IMG/VR virus record: IMGVR_UViG_3300035429_000176
Length of the DNA stretch: 64,000 bases
Origin: an uncultured virus (IMG/VR IMGVR_UViG_3300035429_000176)
Lineage: Duplodnaviria; Heunggongvirae; Uroviricota; Caudoviricetes
Reading direction: 5' to 3' (one strand)
The notes under the pieces are model-generated. The model made no database searches, was not told the DNA's origin, and saw only the letters and a list, made by a program, of their open reading frames with translations. Made by a program: the position numbers and the translations under genes. Shown here piece by piece: positions 40,282-49,997 of the stretch; the first letter of the stretch is position 1, and every line of letters begins with the position of its first letter.

Positions 40282-40887
40282 ATGAAGATATTGATTGATA
40301 ACGGGCATGGTGAAAACACTCCCGGAAAACGTAGTCCTGACGGTTCGTTGCGTGAATATGCTTATGCACGTGAAATTGCAGATAGAATAGCACATGAACT
40401 TTCCGCAAGAGGTTATGATGCCGAACGCATTGTTCGGGAAACAGTAGATGTTCCACTATCAGAACGTGCAAGGCGTGTAAACGAAGTTTGCGGACGATAT
40501 GGAACGGCCAATGTAGTTCTTGTTTCTATCCACTGCAATGCTGCCGGAAACGGTGCAGAATGGATGAACGCAAGAGGATGGAGCGCTTATACATCGAAAG
40601 GCAAGACAAAGGCTGATAAACTGGCAACTTTCTTGTATGAAGAAGCTGAAAAAAACTTTATTAGTCAAAGAATACGCAAAGATAATTCTGACGACGATCC
40701 TGACTGGGAAGAAAACTTCTATATTTTGAGTAAGACAAAATGCCCGGCTGTACTTACGGAAAACTTTTTTCAGGATAACAAGGATGATGTCCTGTACCTT
40801 TGTTCCGAAGAAGGCAAACAAGCTATTGTCAAAACCCATGTAGAGGCAATAACCAGATATATTCAGAAGTATGGTAAAATGGTTTAA
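40282..40887 (+). CDS. Endolysin, N-acetylmuramoyl-L-alanine amidase (Amidase_3)
   Basis: ILIDNGHG, LRE, VSIHCNA and PAVLTENFF zinc-binding motifs. Confidence 0.93.
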   Translation: MKILIDNGHGENTPGKRSPDGSLREYAYAREIADRIAHELSARGYDAERIVRETVDVPLSERARRVNEVCGRYGTANVVLVSIHCNAAGNGAEWMNARGWSAYTSKGKTKADKLATFLYEEAEKNFISQRIRKDNSDDDPDWEENFYILSKTKCPAVLTENFFQDNKDDVLYLCSEEGKQAIVKTHVEAITRYIQKYGKMV

Positions 40888-41419
40888 AGATATTGTAGCA
40901 ATATTGTTTGTGGTATTATTTTTCACATCACTGTTTTTTAATATGCGTTTTTGCATATCGAATAAAAAGTTACCTATAAATGATACCACAAGAATAACTG
41001 TTTTCGATACCATACCCTATTACAAGCCTGTACCCAAGGATAGTACCGTTATTAAATACATCACGCAGATTCTTCCTACTGCAAAACCGGATAGTACGAA
41101 ACAGACTCCGGACGTAGCAGATACGACTAAACCTCCAAATAAAGACAAAGACAGTGTTGAGGTTGAAATCCCCATTACGCAGAAGATGTATGAAACAGAC
41201 ACATATCGGGCTTATGTAAGTGGCTTTCATCCACAACTTGACAGCCTGATACTTTTTGCCGGGCGTGATATAATGACCGTAACAGGTAATTATCCCAAAC
41301 CCAAGAAGAAAAAGTTCAGTATCAGTCTGCAGGTAGGATATGGAATAACACTAAGAGAAACACCGCAATTTTCTCCATGTCTTAGTGTAGGTTTATCGTA
41401 TAATTTGTTTGATTTCTGA
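40871..41419 (+). CDS. Putative spanin-like lysis accessory protein
   Basis: N-terminal TM, DT-rich linker, YRAYVSG, C-terminal beta hairpin ending in aromatic residues; follows the endolysin. Confidence 0.55.
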   Translation: MVKWFKDIVAILFVVLFFTSLFFNMRFCISNKKLPINDTTRITVFDTIPYYKPVPKDSTVIKYITQILPTAKPDSTKQTPDVADTTKPPNKDKDSVEVEIPITQKMYETDTYRAYVSGFHPQLDSLILFAGRDIMTVTGNYPKPKKKKFSISLQVGYGITLRETPQFSPCLSVGLSYNLFDF

Positions 41420-41421
41420 TT

Positions 41422-41871
41422 ATGATAGATATTATATTAACGGTCAATAAGGAAAAAGTATATGAAGAGGTAGCAAGGACCACATCGTACACCGGTGCGA
41501 AAATGGATGATGAGTTTGCCTACGATCGTATATTTACGACGGATGAGGATAAAAGCATGCTTGAACGTTTTTGGTGCGAGAGTAAGAATACCATATGCAA
41601 CAGTTTAAAGAAAATGCTTCTTGACGAAACGGAAGCTGACAGTGAATACAGGCTTTCGTTGGGGCTGTCGAATTCATTTGATGAAGCTCTAAAAGAAAGT
41701 ATGCAGCGTAGCTTGTTTTCATTCTTCGTGATGAATGTCACTGCAAAGTGGTACACGTTTACCAATAAGGAAGAAGCTGCCGGATATGCAACGGAAGCTG
41801 CTACCTATATGGAGGATATAATGCGTAAGGCATTTTTTAAAAGAAAGCCCATGCGCCCGACATACGAATAA
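41422..41871 (+). CDS. Putative virion (head-tail) protein
   Basis: First of three similar-sized helical ORFs with related C-terminal patterns. Confidence 0.55.
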   Translation: MIDIILTVNKEKVYEEVARTTSYTGAKMDDEFAYDRIFTTDEDKSMLERFWCESKNTICNSLKKMLLDETEADSEYRLSLGLSNSFDEALKESMQRSLFSFFVMNVTAKWYTFTNKEEAAGYATEAATYMEDIMRKAFFKRKPMRPTYE

Positions 41872-41889
41872 TCATTAATTCAAAATATT

Positions 41890-42402
41890 ATGGCAGAAAA
41901 TAAGAAAACATTAACCGTGACACAACAGGTCAAAGAACTTGTCTATGATATTCAGAACAAAGCGTATTTGACGGGACAGGCACGAGAAGCGGCCGGCAAG
42001 AGCTATCAAGTCGCATCCAATATGCAAGCAAGTGATGATGAGGAAAACAGCTATCAAATCCGTCGTTCGTTGGCAAATGCGTTTTCGTCTTTGAAGAGTT
42101 TGCTTGGAGAGTATCTTTCAGAAGACAAAAGTACAAGCAACAATCTGATTGCAAAAGAAATTGATGATAATGGTGTATTAGAACTTGCATTTGAGTTGCC
42201 GAGTAACTATAACAACTCTTCGGCTGATGCGTTGGGCAATGGTATTCATGCCTACCTTGTAGATATGGCTTTGGGAGATTGGTTTGCCATTACCAACCCG
42301 GAAGATGCAGCTTCATACGTACAGCATTCGGCAATAAGTTTAGAGAATGTAAAGCGTGCGCTTTATAAACGTAGCCGACCTGAAAGACCGACTTATTCTT
42401 AA
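41890..42402 (+). CDS. Putative virion (head-tail) protein
   Basis: IHAYLVDMALGDWF resembles IHEYLICKVLADWM in the next ORF, suggesting paralogues. Confidence 0.55.
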   Translation: MAENKKTLTVTQQVKELVYDIQNKAYLTGQAREAAGKSYQVASNMQASDDEENSYQIRRSLANAFSSLKSLLGEYLSEDKSTSNNLIAKEIDDNGVLELAFELPSNYNNSSADALGNGIHAYLVDMALGDWFAITNPEDAASYVQHSAISLENVKRALYKRSRPERPTYS

Positions 42403-42411
42403 TGTATTCTC

Positions 42412-42942
42412 ATGGGATATTGTTGTAAGAAACTCCAGCAGACAAAAACAGTAACGCTGACATTCAAACGTTCAGAGTTACTTTATGACGTAGAGAACTA
42501 CTCCTTTGTGGAAGGTGATATTATGGAAACGGAGAATGAACATGCCCGGCATCAGGTGTTTGACATTGGACAAAGTGGTAATGTGAATCGGGTTACACGT
42601 GTACTCAATCTTACCCATGCAGAATGTGTGGAAATGCTATATCCATATACCAAAGAGGAAATCTCGGACGAACAGGAAGCTCTTGATGATATTCTTGTAG
42701 CTCCCGAAGAATATCATATTGTACTCACTTTACCGGAGGATTTTTCTTTATCTACGGTGAAGCTACTAAAACATCTGATACACGAGTATCTTATCTGTAA
42801 GGTACTTGCAGATTGGATGAGTATAACGAATCCAAGTAGTAAGGCTAATTGGGAGGAGAAGATAATGAGCATCAGAGTTAAGATACAGACATCGCTTATG
42901 TCGAGGAAGGGCAAAATAAAACGAAAGTTGAAACCTTTCTGA
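42412..42942 (+). CDS. Putative virion (head-tail) protein
   Basis: Paralogue-like to 41890..42402. Confidence 0.55.
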   Translation: MGYCCKKLQQTKTVTLTFKRSELLYDVENYSFVEGDIMETENEHARHQVFDIGQSGNVNRVTRVLNLTHAECVEMLYPYTKEEISDEQEALDDILVAPEEYHIVLTLPEDFSLSTVKLLKHLIHEYLICKVLADWMSITNPSSKANWEEKIMSIRVKIQTSLMSRKGKIKRKLKPF

Positions 42943-42943
42943 T

Positions 42944-42985
42944 AAAAAGAGGAGCCGGAGTGCATCACGCATTCCGGCTCTTTTG
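42944..42985. terminator. Bidirectional terminator between convergent operons
   Basis: GAGCCGGAGTGC-ATCAC-GCATTCCGGCTC flanked by A- and T-runs. Confidence 0.8.
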
Positions 42986-43033
42986 CTAACAATCTTTCTT
43001 AACCTTAATATGAAAAAAACTAACCTATGTAAG

Positions 43034-45682
43034 TTATCTTGGTTTATTAAGCATACGGGGGGTGAATTGGACGGTAAACCCCAACAAACTTTCAGATTTG
43101 TCTAGTTTGCATATTAGTACAAGTCGGAATGCTTTGTATGGTGTGCCATGGAAACCTCGCATATATTTATCGGTACTACTCCATACTGCATGCCAGTTGA
43201 ATAAATCATTTGAGCCATACAGAATTTGTGAGACATGGCTACTCTTGAAATATCCGCGTTGTATGATGGTGTCTATTGTTTTGAACATGTTTGGATCATC
43301 TATCTTGAATGGACGGGTAACAGCTAATGCTGTAATGGATTTTACTGTGTCATCGGCTTGTGAACAATTGATAAGTTTATTATCAGAAGTCATGGCGAGT
43401 GCCTCGGGATAGGAGTTTAAATTACTTACGATGTTGCTTTGTATCATTCCCCATTGTTTGCTTTCCATAGAATACAGGTAAGCATATGTACATGATGGAT
43501 TGTAAATGATAATACGTTGATGTGTGTAATCATAAATCATCCTACATCTTTTAAGGAATTCGCGGAAAGTGAGAAATTGAAAGTCGATTAGATAAAACCC
43601 ATTGTTGTTGATTAATGTATTCAAGTGGGGTAGGGAGTCGACAGAGAAAGCTAATTCGCTATCAATGATATCGGAAATACATTGGCTTGTAGAGCCACTG
43701 ATAAGCATAATCCCACGGTCGGTAGCGAATAGGACGGCATTATCAATTTGAGTAATACTATCTGTATTGACACATACATCGCGTGTGATTGGTTGACGCG
43801 CGGAATAAGAGCCTGTAGAAGAAACTTCGAGAGCCCAGATTCCATCAGTAGAGAAGCAATAAAGGGGAAATTGCCCAAATTGACCTTGCGATAAAGCTTT
43901 TGCGGCTGAACTGAGTCCAATAATTGTACCTGTTCCAACAGCGCAGACTCCGAGAGCGGGAAATGAAAAAGGATCGTTTACATCCGAAGTGTATATTTTG
44001 TTTAAATATGGGATTCCAATCTCTGTGTCAGTGATGAGACTCATATCAGGTTTACTAGAGAAACTTGTGTTGATACTTCCATATACCCCATTAAGTGTTT
44101 CATGTTTATGTAATTTGTTGAATGAATAGGATTTCGTTCCATTTTCATCTATGCGCTCAATTAAAAGTTCTGTTGCATTGATGTTAGGATAAAAGAAGTA
44201 TGAATCAACGATATTCATTGGTATACCGGAAAGAAACTGTACCATAACCTTTCGTTTCTCTGCTTCAATGAAGCTGTATGCTTTATAGGAATATGTTTTC
44301 TCAACGGCTTTTTTAGTCTCGTCATCATACTCTCCATTAGCATATTGAAAACAAGATTCAAGTGGGAATGTCGGAGGGATAATAGTTACTCCGGTCAGAT
44401 TTAGACGTGCGTTGTATGGAAATGCATGTTTTGCGACAATTATTCCCATTAAATTGCTGTCACCCTCCATTACTTCTTTTGCCTCAAGTGAATTGAGAGC
44501 ACCATTTTCAATAGAAACAATGTTCTCTCCAGATTGTATATTCTTTACGTCAATAGAAGAGATGAGGTAAAAAGGTAATGACGAATCATTGTCTACAAGT
44601 GATTTACCTGACATTCCAAAGAATAGTTGGTTAGAATTTATTGATTCACTTGCATTATGATACCGATATATTAATTTACCGTTGATATTCTCATTACTGG
44701 AGTTAGCGCAATAACTTAAAGATGCGGACGAACCACCCATTGGTCCCCAATAGGCATATGGGGAGATTGATTTGCACATACTATCCTGATCAACAGTATA
44801 GAGTGGGGGAGTGATAAATATATCAATACTCTTAACCAATTCCCCCCATTCGGCTACAGATTCTTTCACTTCATCGAAATTTGTTATCTCGTAATATAAT
44901 CTAGATGCAACATACGATACAACCATATTGAATTTGGTGTATAGACCATTGTTAACTTCATAACCTGTATAATGTATGAGATAAGGTATGCCATATGATG
45001 GGTAGACTTTTACTGGAGATGAAATGTAGTTGAGGGTTCCGTCATACATACGGTAGGCATATCTTATCATGAATGGGTATTGGAATAATCCTGCTTTTTT
45101 GGCATCGGCGGTATATTTATTGGTAAATGCCAACACAGTATCTCTTACAGCTTGGCTGGCTTCTATTGAGAGAATAAGTGAATTAAGAATAATAGACGGA
45201 GTAAATCCGGGGAAACTTGCAGATAACATATCCGAGTTTCCCATAGATGCTCTTAGTCGGAAAGAGAGCGATGGAAATACTGGGTTACTTCCCATGAGTG
45301 CATATGTTCCTGACTTGTAGAGGGCATAAATTATGCCCTCAGAAGTGAGTATGATTAATGTGTTTCCAAGTGATGTTACCTGATAGAGTTCTCCAGAAAT
45401 AGATACTATATCTTCGGGCTGCTTATCAGTGTCGTTAGAGGATAACCATTGTAAGGCGGTGGATTCTGTATCGTAAATTATGTAATGTTTATATACCGAG
45501 ATGTTGTGTATGTATATCACTTTTTTCCCTTGTGGGAGAGTGAATAAACATTGAGGCTTTTGAATGCCTTTTAATACTCCATCTTCAGGAATAAGATTCA
45601 TTGCAACTGACAAGTCACCATCTGCACATTCGTAATCTGATGGATTGGCAGAATATCCATTGTACTTAATCTCTTTTATCAT
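43034..45682 (-). CDS. Putative tail nozzle/stabilization protein (882 aa)
   Basis: Beta-propeller-like repeats; C-terminal TRPFK motif; size typical of podoviral nozzle proteins. Confidence 0.6.
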   Translation of the reverse strand: MIKEIKYNGYSANPSDYECADGDLSVAMNLIPEDGVLKGIQKPQCLFTLPQGKKVIYIHNISVYKHYIIYDTESTALQWLSSNDTDKQPEDIVSISGELYQVTSLGNTLIILTSEGIIYALYKSGTYALMGSNPVFPSLSFRLRASMGNSDMLSASFPGFTPSIILNSLILSIEASQAVRDTVLAFTNKYTADAKKAGLFQYPFMIRYAYRMYDGTLNYISSPVKVYPSYGIPYLIHYTGYEVNNGLYTKFNMVVSYVASRLYYEITNFDEVKESVAEWGELVKSIDIFITPPLYTVDQDSMCKSISPYAYWGPMGGSSASLSYCANSSNENINGKLIYRYHNASESINSNQLFFGMSGKSLVDNDSSLPFYLISSIDVKNIQSGENIVSIENGALNSLEAKEVMEGDSNLMGIIVAKHAFPYNARLNLTGVTIIPPTFPLESCFQYANGEYDDETKKAVEKTYSYKAYSFIEAEKRKVMVQFLSGIPMNIVDSYFFYPNINATELLIERIDENGTKSYSFNKLHKHETLNGVYGSINTSFSSKPDMSLITDTEIGIPYLNKIYTSDVNDPFSFPALGVCAVGTGTIIGLSSAAKALSQGQFGQFPLYCFSTDGIWALEVSSTGSYSARQPITRDVCVNTDSITQIDNAVLFATDRGIMLISGSTSQCISDIIDSELAFSVDSLPHLNTLINNNGFYLIDFQFLTFREFLKRCRMIYDYTHQRIIIYNPSCTYAYLYSMESKQWGMIQSNIVSNLNSYPEALAMTSDNKLINCSQADDTVKSITALAVTRPFKIDDPNMFKTIDTIIQRGYFKSSHVSQILYGSNDLFNWHAVWSSTDKYMRGFHGTPYKAFRLVLICKLDKSESLLGFTVQFTPRMLNKPR

Positions 45683-45683
45683 A

Positions 45684-46046
45684 TTACAAAAGGTATTTAG
45701 TGATAATTGGTAATAGTTTACCGTATTCGTTTTCCGTTGGTTCTCCTACACATAATCTTGCTTTAGCTGTTGCTCTACATTCTTGGAGAATTGCTGTACA
45801 AAGTCTGCTTGATGAAGTTCTGAAATGATTTCCTGCCTTATTCGTTGGGAATACCATCGCTTCATGCCTCCCGTTTGGTGAACGTAGTCTAACATAAAGG
45901 TAAAATTCATCTTGGTCAATCATTATGTCCAAAACATCTCCGCGTGAGAGCTGGAGATGTTTTGCGACGCGAGCACTAATATCTATCCGTCCTGATGCGT
46001 AAAAGGTGATATCAGCTTTTCGGGTGTTTCCTAATATACTTTGCAT
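45684..46046 (-). CDS. Hypothetical phage protein (120 aa)
   Basis: ORF tightly packed in the operon. Confidence 0.65.
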   Translation of the reverse strand: MQSILGNTRKADITFYASGRIDISARVAKHLQLSRGDVLDIMIDQDEFYLYVRLRSPNGRHEAMVFPTNKAGNHFRTSSSRLCTAILQECRATAKARLCVGEPTENEYGKLLPIITKYLL

Positions 46047-46437
46047 TTGGCTTGTCGAATTTATAATAAGTTTTTCCTTGTGGAGTTTTCTGAATTGATA
46101 CGGACAATTTTACTCGACAGTTATCGGATAGTCCATATTCATAAAGGATGCGGCCGACTGACGGACAGAGCGTTTCAAATCCTATACATTTATACTTGTC
46201 GTTGTATTGAATATCGCACATTTGGGTTGCTTGTTCAATAACTGGATTGATTATGAATCCGAATGTATCGTCTCCAGAAATACGGAAAACGAATACATGC
46301 GCTGCATCACTCTTCCTGGCATTATTCTTGATATGCAAGAACAAGCGTTTGGAAAGCGTTATAGAGTTGTCGGCAGGATCGGCAATCACATAATACAGGA
46401 GTGATTGCCACCATAATTTTAACTTACTGATAATCAT
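46012..46437 (-). CDS. Hypothetical phage protein (141 aa)
   Basis: ORF directly downstream of promoter motif copy 8. Confidence 0.65.
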   Translation of the reverse strand: MIISKLKLWWQSLLYYVIADPADNSITLSKRLFLHIKNNARKSDAAHVFVFRISGDDTFGFIINPVIEQATQMCDIQYNDKYKCIGFETLCPSVGRILYEYGLSDNCRVKLSVSIQKTPQGKTYYKFDKPNAKYIRKHPKS

Positions 46438-46441
46438 AGTA

Positions 46442-46486
46442 CGAAAGTATGATGAATGATTAGCTTTTGTAGTTTAACTTTTTACT
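46442..46486 (-). promoter_or_regulatory. Promoter motif copy 8: AGTAAAAAGTTAAAC-N22-TACTTTCG
   Basis: Same boxes and spacing; upstream of the operon containing the nozzle-like gene. Confidence 0.75.
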
Positions 46487-46710
46487 GACGTATTGAGATG
46501 TACTCGACGCGAACGGAAAGAAACTGTTTCGACAAACCGGAATGACAGAGTTGTTTCGATTTCCAGTCGATGCCGGTTGGCGGCTTCTTTTGTTGCAAAA
46601 ATGTAAGAACAGATTTCTTGCTTTGTTGTTCCTTTTGTTGCTACAATGTTGGCATAATATTTGCGTCCGAAGAGGAACGCAATGATTTCTTTTAATACTG
46701 TTGAATTCAT
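46474..46710 (-). CDS. Hypothetical phage protein (78 aa)
   Basis: ORF with ATG in the leftward operon. Confidence 0.6.
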   Translation of the reverse strand: MNSTVLKEIIAFLFGRKYYANIVATKGTTKQEICSYIFATKEAANRHRLEIETTLSFRFVETVSFRSRRVHLNTSVKS

Positions 46711-46723
46711 AATCTATTGGTTT

Positions 46724-47131
46724 TAATCTGTGAATAAATTCTTTTGTTCCGGTTGTTTGGGAGTAGGGATGATGCTATTAACACGTTCAATCTCCCGGTC
46801 AATCTCGGCTTCGAGTGCTTTGCAAATTCGTAAATTAGCTTGAGTACGACATTTGAAATTATTCTTTTTGTGCTTTGCGCAATGGCAACAACTTCTCCAA
46901 GTTCATATTTCGGCAATATCTCGCCCATATCAAACTCTCTTTCATCAGCATCGTACATACAAGGCCAATCAACAATCTTTTTGTCAGAATGGTGTCTGTG
47001 TATATTGAATCCTGCGACCCATTCTCCCCTAAAAGTTCTTGGACATTTGATTATTCTTCTCGTCATAGTCTTCCGCCCTTCCAATACAGCTTGAGTAAGC
47101 CAAATTTATCATTGAACATTATTTTCTTCAT
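46724..47131 (-). pseudogene. Frameshifted ASCH-like gene fused by a deletion to a remnant of a second small gene
   Basis: MKKIMFNDKFGL joins TQAVLEGRKTMTRR only if one base is added near 47095. After IAQS another frame reads FKCRTQANLRICKALEAEIDREIERVNS. Confidence 0.55.
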
Positions 47132-47624
47132 TGTAGTATTCTTTATTAAAGTGTCCGTTGGCAATCAGCCAATCAATAGCCAATACACAAGATTCGACAG
47201 GTGATGCGGTTTCAAAGGATTTCACATAGGGATAAGAGAGTAACCAAGCATCGCTTGTTTCGTGATGCAAGCCAAAAACATTCTCACTGGTTCCTATTCT
47301 GATTTCGGTCGGAAGTAACTCCAACAGCCTACACAAACTCCATGCTGGAACATCCTTGCCCCACAATCTATCAAACACCTCTTCACCGGTCATTGGTGTT
47401 CCATCTGGATGCTTATGAAAAGGCGATGCTAACTTTGCTATTCTTTCCGGTGTCCAAAACTTCCCTCTTGATGTTGGCGGCTTAGTTTGCAACTCCCATT
47501 CCAATGCAGATACTTTACTCTTTGTGTAATGATACACCATATCTGCTGTTCCCGGCTTTAGTCCCAAAACGAGCAATCTTTTTGACTGCTCACGGGTAGT
47601 ACATATTTGCGATTTAAACTCCAT
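47109..47624 (-). CDS. Hypothetical phage protein (171 aa)
   Basis: QICTTREQSKRLL..GL...TADM and PAWSL..LLELLP motifs, common in Bacteroidales phages. Confidence 0.7.
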   Translation of the reverse strand: MEFKSQICTTREQSKRLLVLGLKPGTADMVYHYTKSKVSALEWELQTKPPTSRGKFWTPERIAKLASPFHKHPDGTPMTGEEVFDRLWGKDVPAWSLCRLLELLPTEIRIGTSENVFGLHHETSDAWLLSYPYVKSFETASPVESCVLAIDWLIANGHFNKEYYNEENNVQ

Positions 47625-47655
47625 AATTTTTGTTTCTATTTAATACACTATCGAA

Positions 47656-48417
47656 TTATTGTAATTTCAAGTTTTCACTAACAGATTCAGCATGGATACC
47701 TTTACATATTTCCACATTTTTGCCGGTTTCTATGCCTCTCATAGCGCATAGAGCATCAATATCCGACTTTGATTCTCTGGCCTTACCAATCTTTTTTCCT
47801 TTAAGGAAATTATCTATTTCACTTTTTGTGGTACGTACAAGAGCTGTGATATTATTTTCTGTTTCCAATATCCTTTTGCTCTCATCAAATTTTTCTGAAA
47901 GGCCTATAACACAACCGTATAGGAATGATTTTAAATACATAATAAGGCTTTTGGGGCTTTTCCCGTATTTCCATATACAATCATGTTTATATTCCTCATA
48001 ATTACGTTTGCCGATAGCTATAAACTGGTGAGATAAAAAGGAAATGAGATACAGAACTACTTCAACATTCTTTTTTCGTCCTATTATTTCAAATTCACTA
48101 CGTTTCATTCTGCCATTATTAAATTTGCTAATAATAAGACTACGGCACATATTATATTCACAAACTACTGATATGAGGTCACTATACCATCTACCATTTG
48201 TGCTTATTTTGAAAGGTATTTCTTCTGATACAATTGGATTCTCTAACTTCTCTTGCTCCGGTATATCGTTTTCAGTTAGATTATACTCCATCAACAAGCG
48301 TGTTATGCCTGCCGCAGCTGCATTTGCTTCGCCTTCGTTACCCAATGCAGTAGCTGACTCTTTTAGATTCATTAGCTTGCGCAACTTCTCTAATATTTTA
48401 TCTTTCTTTGTTTTCAT
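47656..48417 (-). CDS. DUF2786-like protein
   Basis: KILEKLRKLMNL...EGEANAA...LLMEYNL N-terminus; SFLYG. Confidence 0.7.
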   Translation of the reverse strand: MKTKKDKILEKLRKLMNLKESATALGNEGEANAAAAGITRLLMEYNLTENDIPEQEKLENPIVSEEIPFKISTNGRWYSDLISVVCEYNMCRSLIISKFNNGRMKRSEFEIIGRKKNVEVVLYLISFLSHQFIAIGKRNYEEYKHDCIWKYGKSPKSLIMYLKSFLYGCVIGLSEKFDESKRILETENNITALVRTTKSEIDNFLKGKKIGKARESKSDIDALCAMRGIETGKNVEICKGIHAESVSENLKLQ

Positions 48418-48435
48418 AATACTTGTTTTTTGATA

Positions 48436-48690
48436 TTAGTTAAAACTGATTTCCACGTACCTATAGAACCGTATGTATCCGAAACAATAAGAGGGATTCT
48501 CTGTATTATCACCTATCTCAATTCGCACGTTATAGCCTTTCATCCGTAAAAAGCGTGCGGCTATTTCGTAGACGGTGTATCGTTTCTCATGAATGTCCCA
48601 GTAGCTGATTCCACGCTCTGTTTGAGGAATGCCTTTTTTCAGAATCTTCTTAAAGGATTTGATGGTTCGTATGATTTCTTTTTTATTCAT
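48436..48690 (-). CDS. Hypothetical protein (84 aa)
   Basis: ORF in the leftward operon. Confidence 0.55.
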   Translation of the reverse strand: MNKKEIIRTIKSFKKILKKGIPQTERGISYWDIHEKRYTVYEIAARFLRMKGYNVRIEIGDNTENPSYCFGYIRFYRYVEISFN

Positions 48691-48720
48691 TTTTGGTCCT
48701 CCTTTTTTCCACCATATTTT

Positions 48721-49050
48721 TCAACATAATTCCTCCTCCGTATTAGCTAATTCCTCCTTGATCGCTTCTTTCAGTGCAGGTAATATTTTCGATGCAAACC
48801 TTTTGCAACAGCCTTGCATTTCCTTTGTGCTACATTGATAAGAAACACTTTGGAACATTTTACGTGAAAAATAGTCTTCATCAAGGTGTAGGATAAATTT
48901 CCGTATATCTTCCTGAGTAGACCAGCAGTAATTAAAATTACCCCAATCTGTCATTGCAAAGAACTCTTTGCTGTCTGTTAACATCACTTCACCCAACCAA
49001 CAATTAGAAACGGTCCGCAATGAATATCTATATACTGTTTCTTTTGCCAT
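48721..49050 (-). CDS. Hypothetical protein (109 aa)
   Basis: TDWGNFNYCW motif; ORF in the operon. Confidence 0.6.
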   Translation of the reverse strand: MAKETVYRYSLRTVSNCWLGEVMLTDSKEFFAMTDWGNFNYCWSTQEDIRKFILHLDEDYFSRKMFQSVSYQCSTKEMQGCCKRFASKILPALKEAIKEELANTEEELC

Positions 49051-49062
49051 AATGCTTATAAT

Positions 49063-49983
49063 TTATAAATCAAAATATTCTTTACATTTAAATCCTTTTC
49101 TCGGCTCAAAATCCTTAAACTCACATGTCCTAAATATCCACTTCTTATCAGCCCACCCAGCCAAATCCTTTTGCCATTGAGGGATAATCTGACGAGGATT
49201 GTTTAAGTCCCGGTAAGGCTGGCAATATGGTAAGAATCGCCTGCCTTTTGTTCTCCAATAATTAACGCGGGTAAATGCTTCCTTAAAGTCATTCAATAAT
49301 ATACAGTAGAAAAAGTATTCGCCCTTATAGCCATACTTATCAATCAAAGCCGTAGCCCGTTCACATTCCGCGATTTGTCCCGGTGTATCACAACCGAATC
49401 GTATACGCTTTATCCATTTCACCTTTGCAAGCAACCGGGCCATATCATCCGTTACCAGCCGGGCATCTAATCCCTGATTAAAGTCAACCCGCACGCCCAT
49501 GGAGATTATTTTTTCAATCTGCTGCAAACCGTAGTCGGATGCAAGAATGTTGTTATCCATGAGAATCACATTTTTTCGCCCAGCAGATACTTCCGCAATA
49601 TCCATGTAAGGAGTGATGTTTCCTTCTTTGACAGGTACAACACACCATTTACAACGATTAGGACAGCCCCTTGTCAAAAAGCCATAAGCCAAATTCTTAT
49701 CAACATTGTACAGATCGTAATCAGGAATCATTCTATCAATTTCCGGTAGAAGAACCTTTTTTATGTCATACCCTGTACCGCCTTTCTCTATCTGATCAGC
49801 ATTAGTTATCCATTGCCGATAATCCTCTGTAAAGCTGAATACTTTAGCCATATAAACTTTATCATAATGATCGAAAGGATTATACCACCCAACCTTGTCA
49901 CCCTTTGCCTTATGATAACTGCTGATTTTCATCAAGGCAAGATTAGGATAATTGCTATCAACAGCCAATAGTCCGATGTTCAT
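49063..49983 (-). CDS. Radical SAM protein
   Basis: TRGCPNRCKWC (CxxxCxxC), MDNN and DFNQGLDARL motifs. Confidence 0.88.
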   Translation of the reverse strand: MNIGLLAVDSNYPNLALMKISSYHKAKGDKVGWYNPFDHYDKVYMAKVFSFTEDYRQWITNADQIEKGGTGYDIKKVLLPEIDRMIPDYDLYNVDKNLAYGFLTRGCPNRCKWCVVPVKEGNITPYMDIAEVSAGRKNVILMDNNILASDYGLQQIEKIISMGVRVDFNQGLDARLVTDDMARLLAKVKWIKRIRFGCDTPGQIAECERATALIDKYGYKGEYFFYCILLNDFKEAFTRVNYWRTKGRRFLPYCQPYRDLNNPRQIIPQWQKDLAGWADKKWIFRTCEFKDFEPRKGFKCKEYFDL

Positions 49984-49997
49984 TTCTATTGTTGTTA

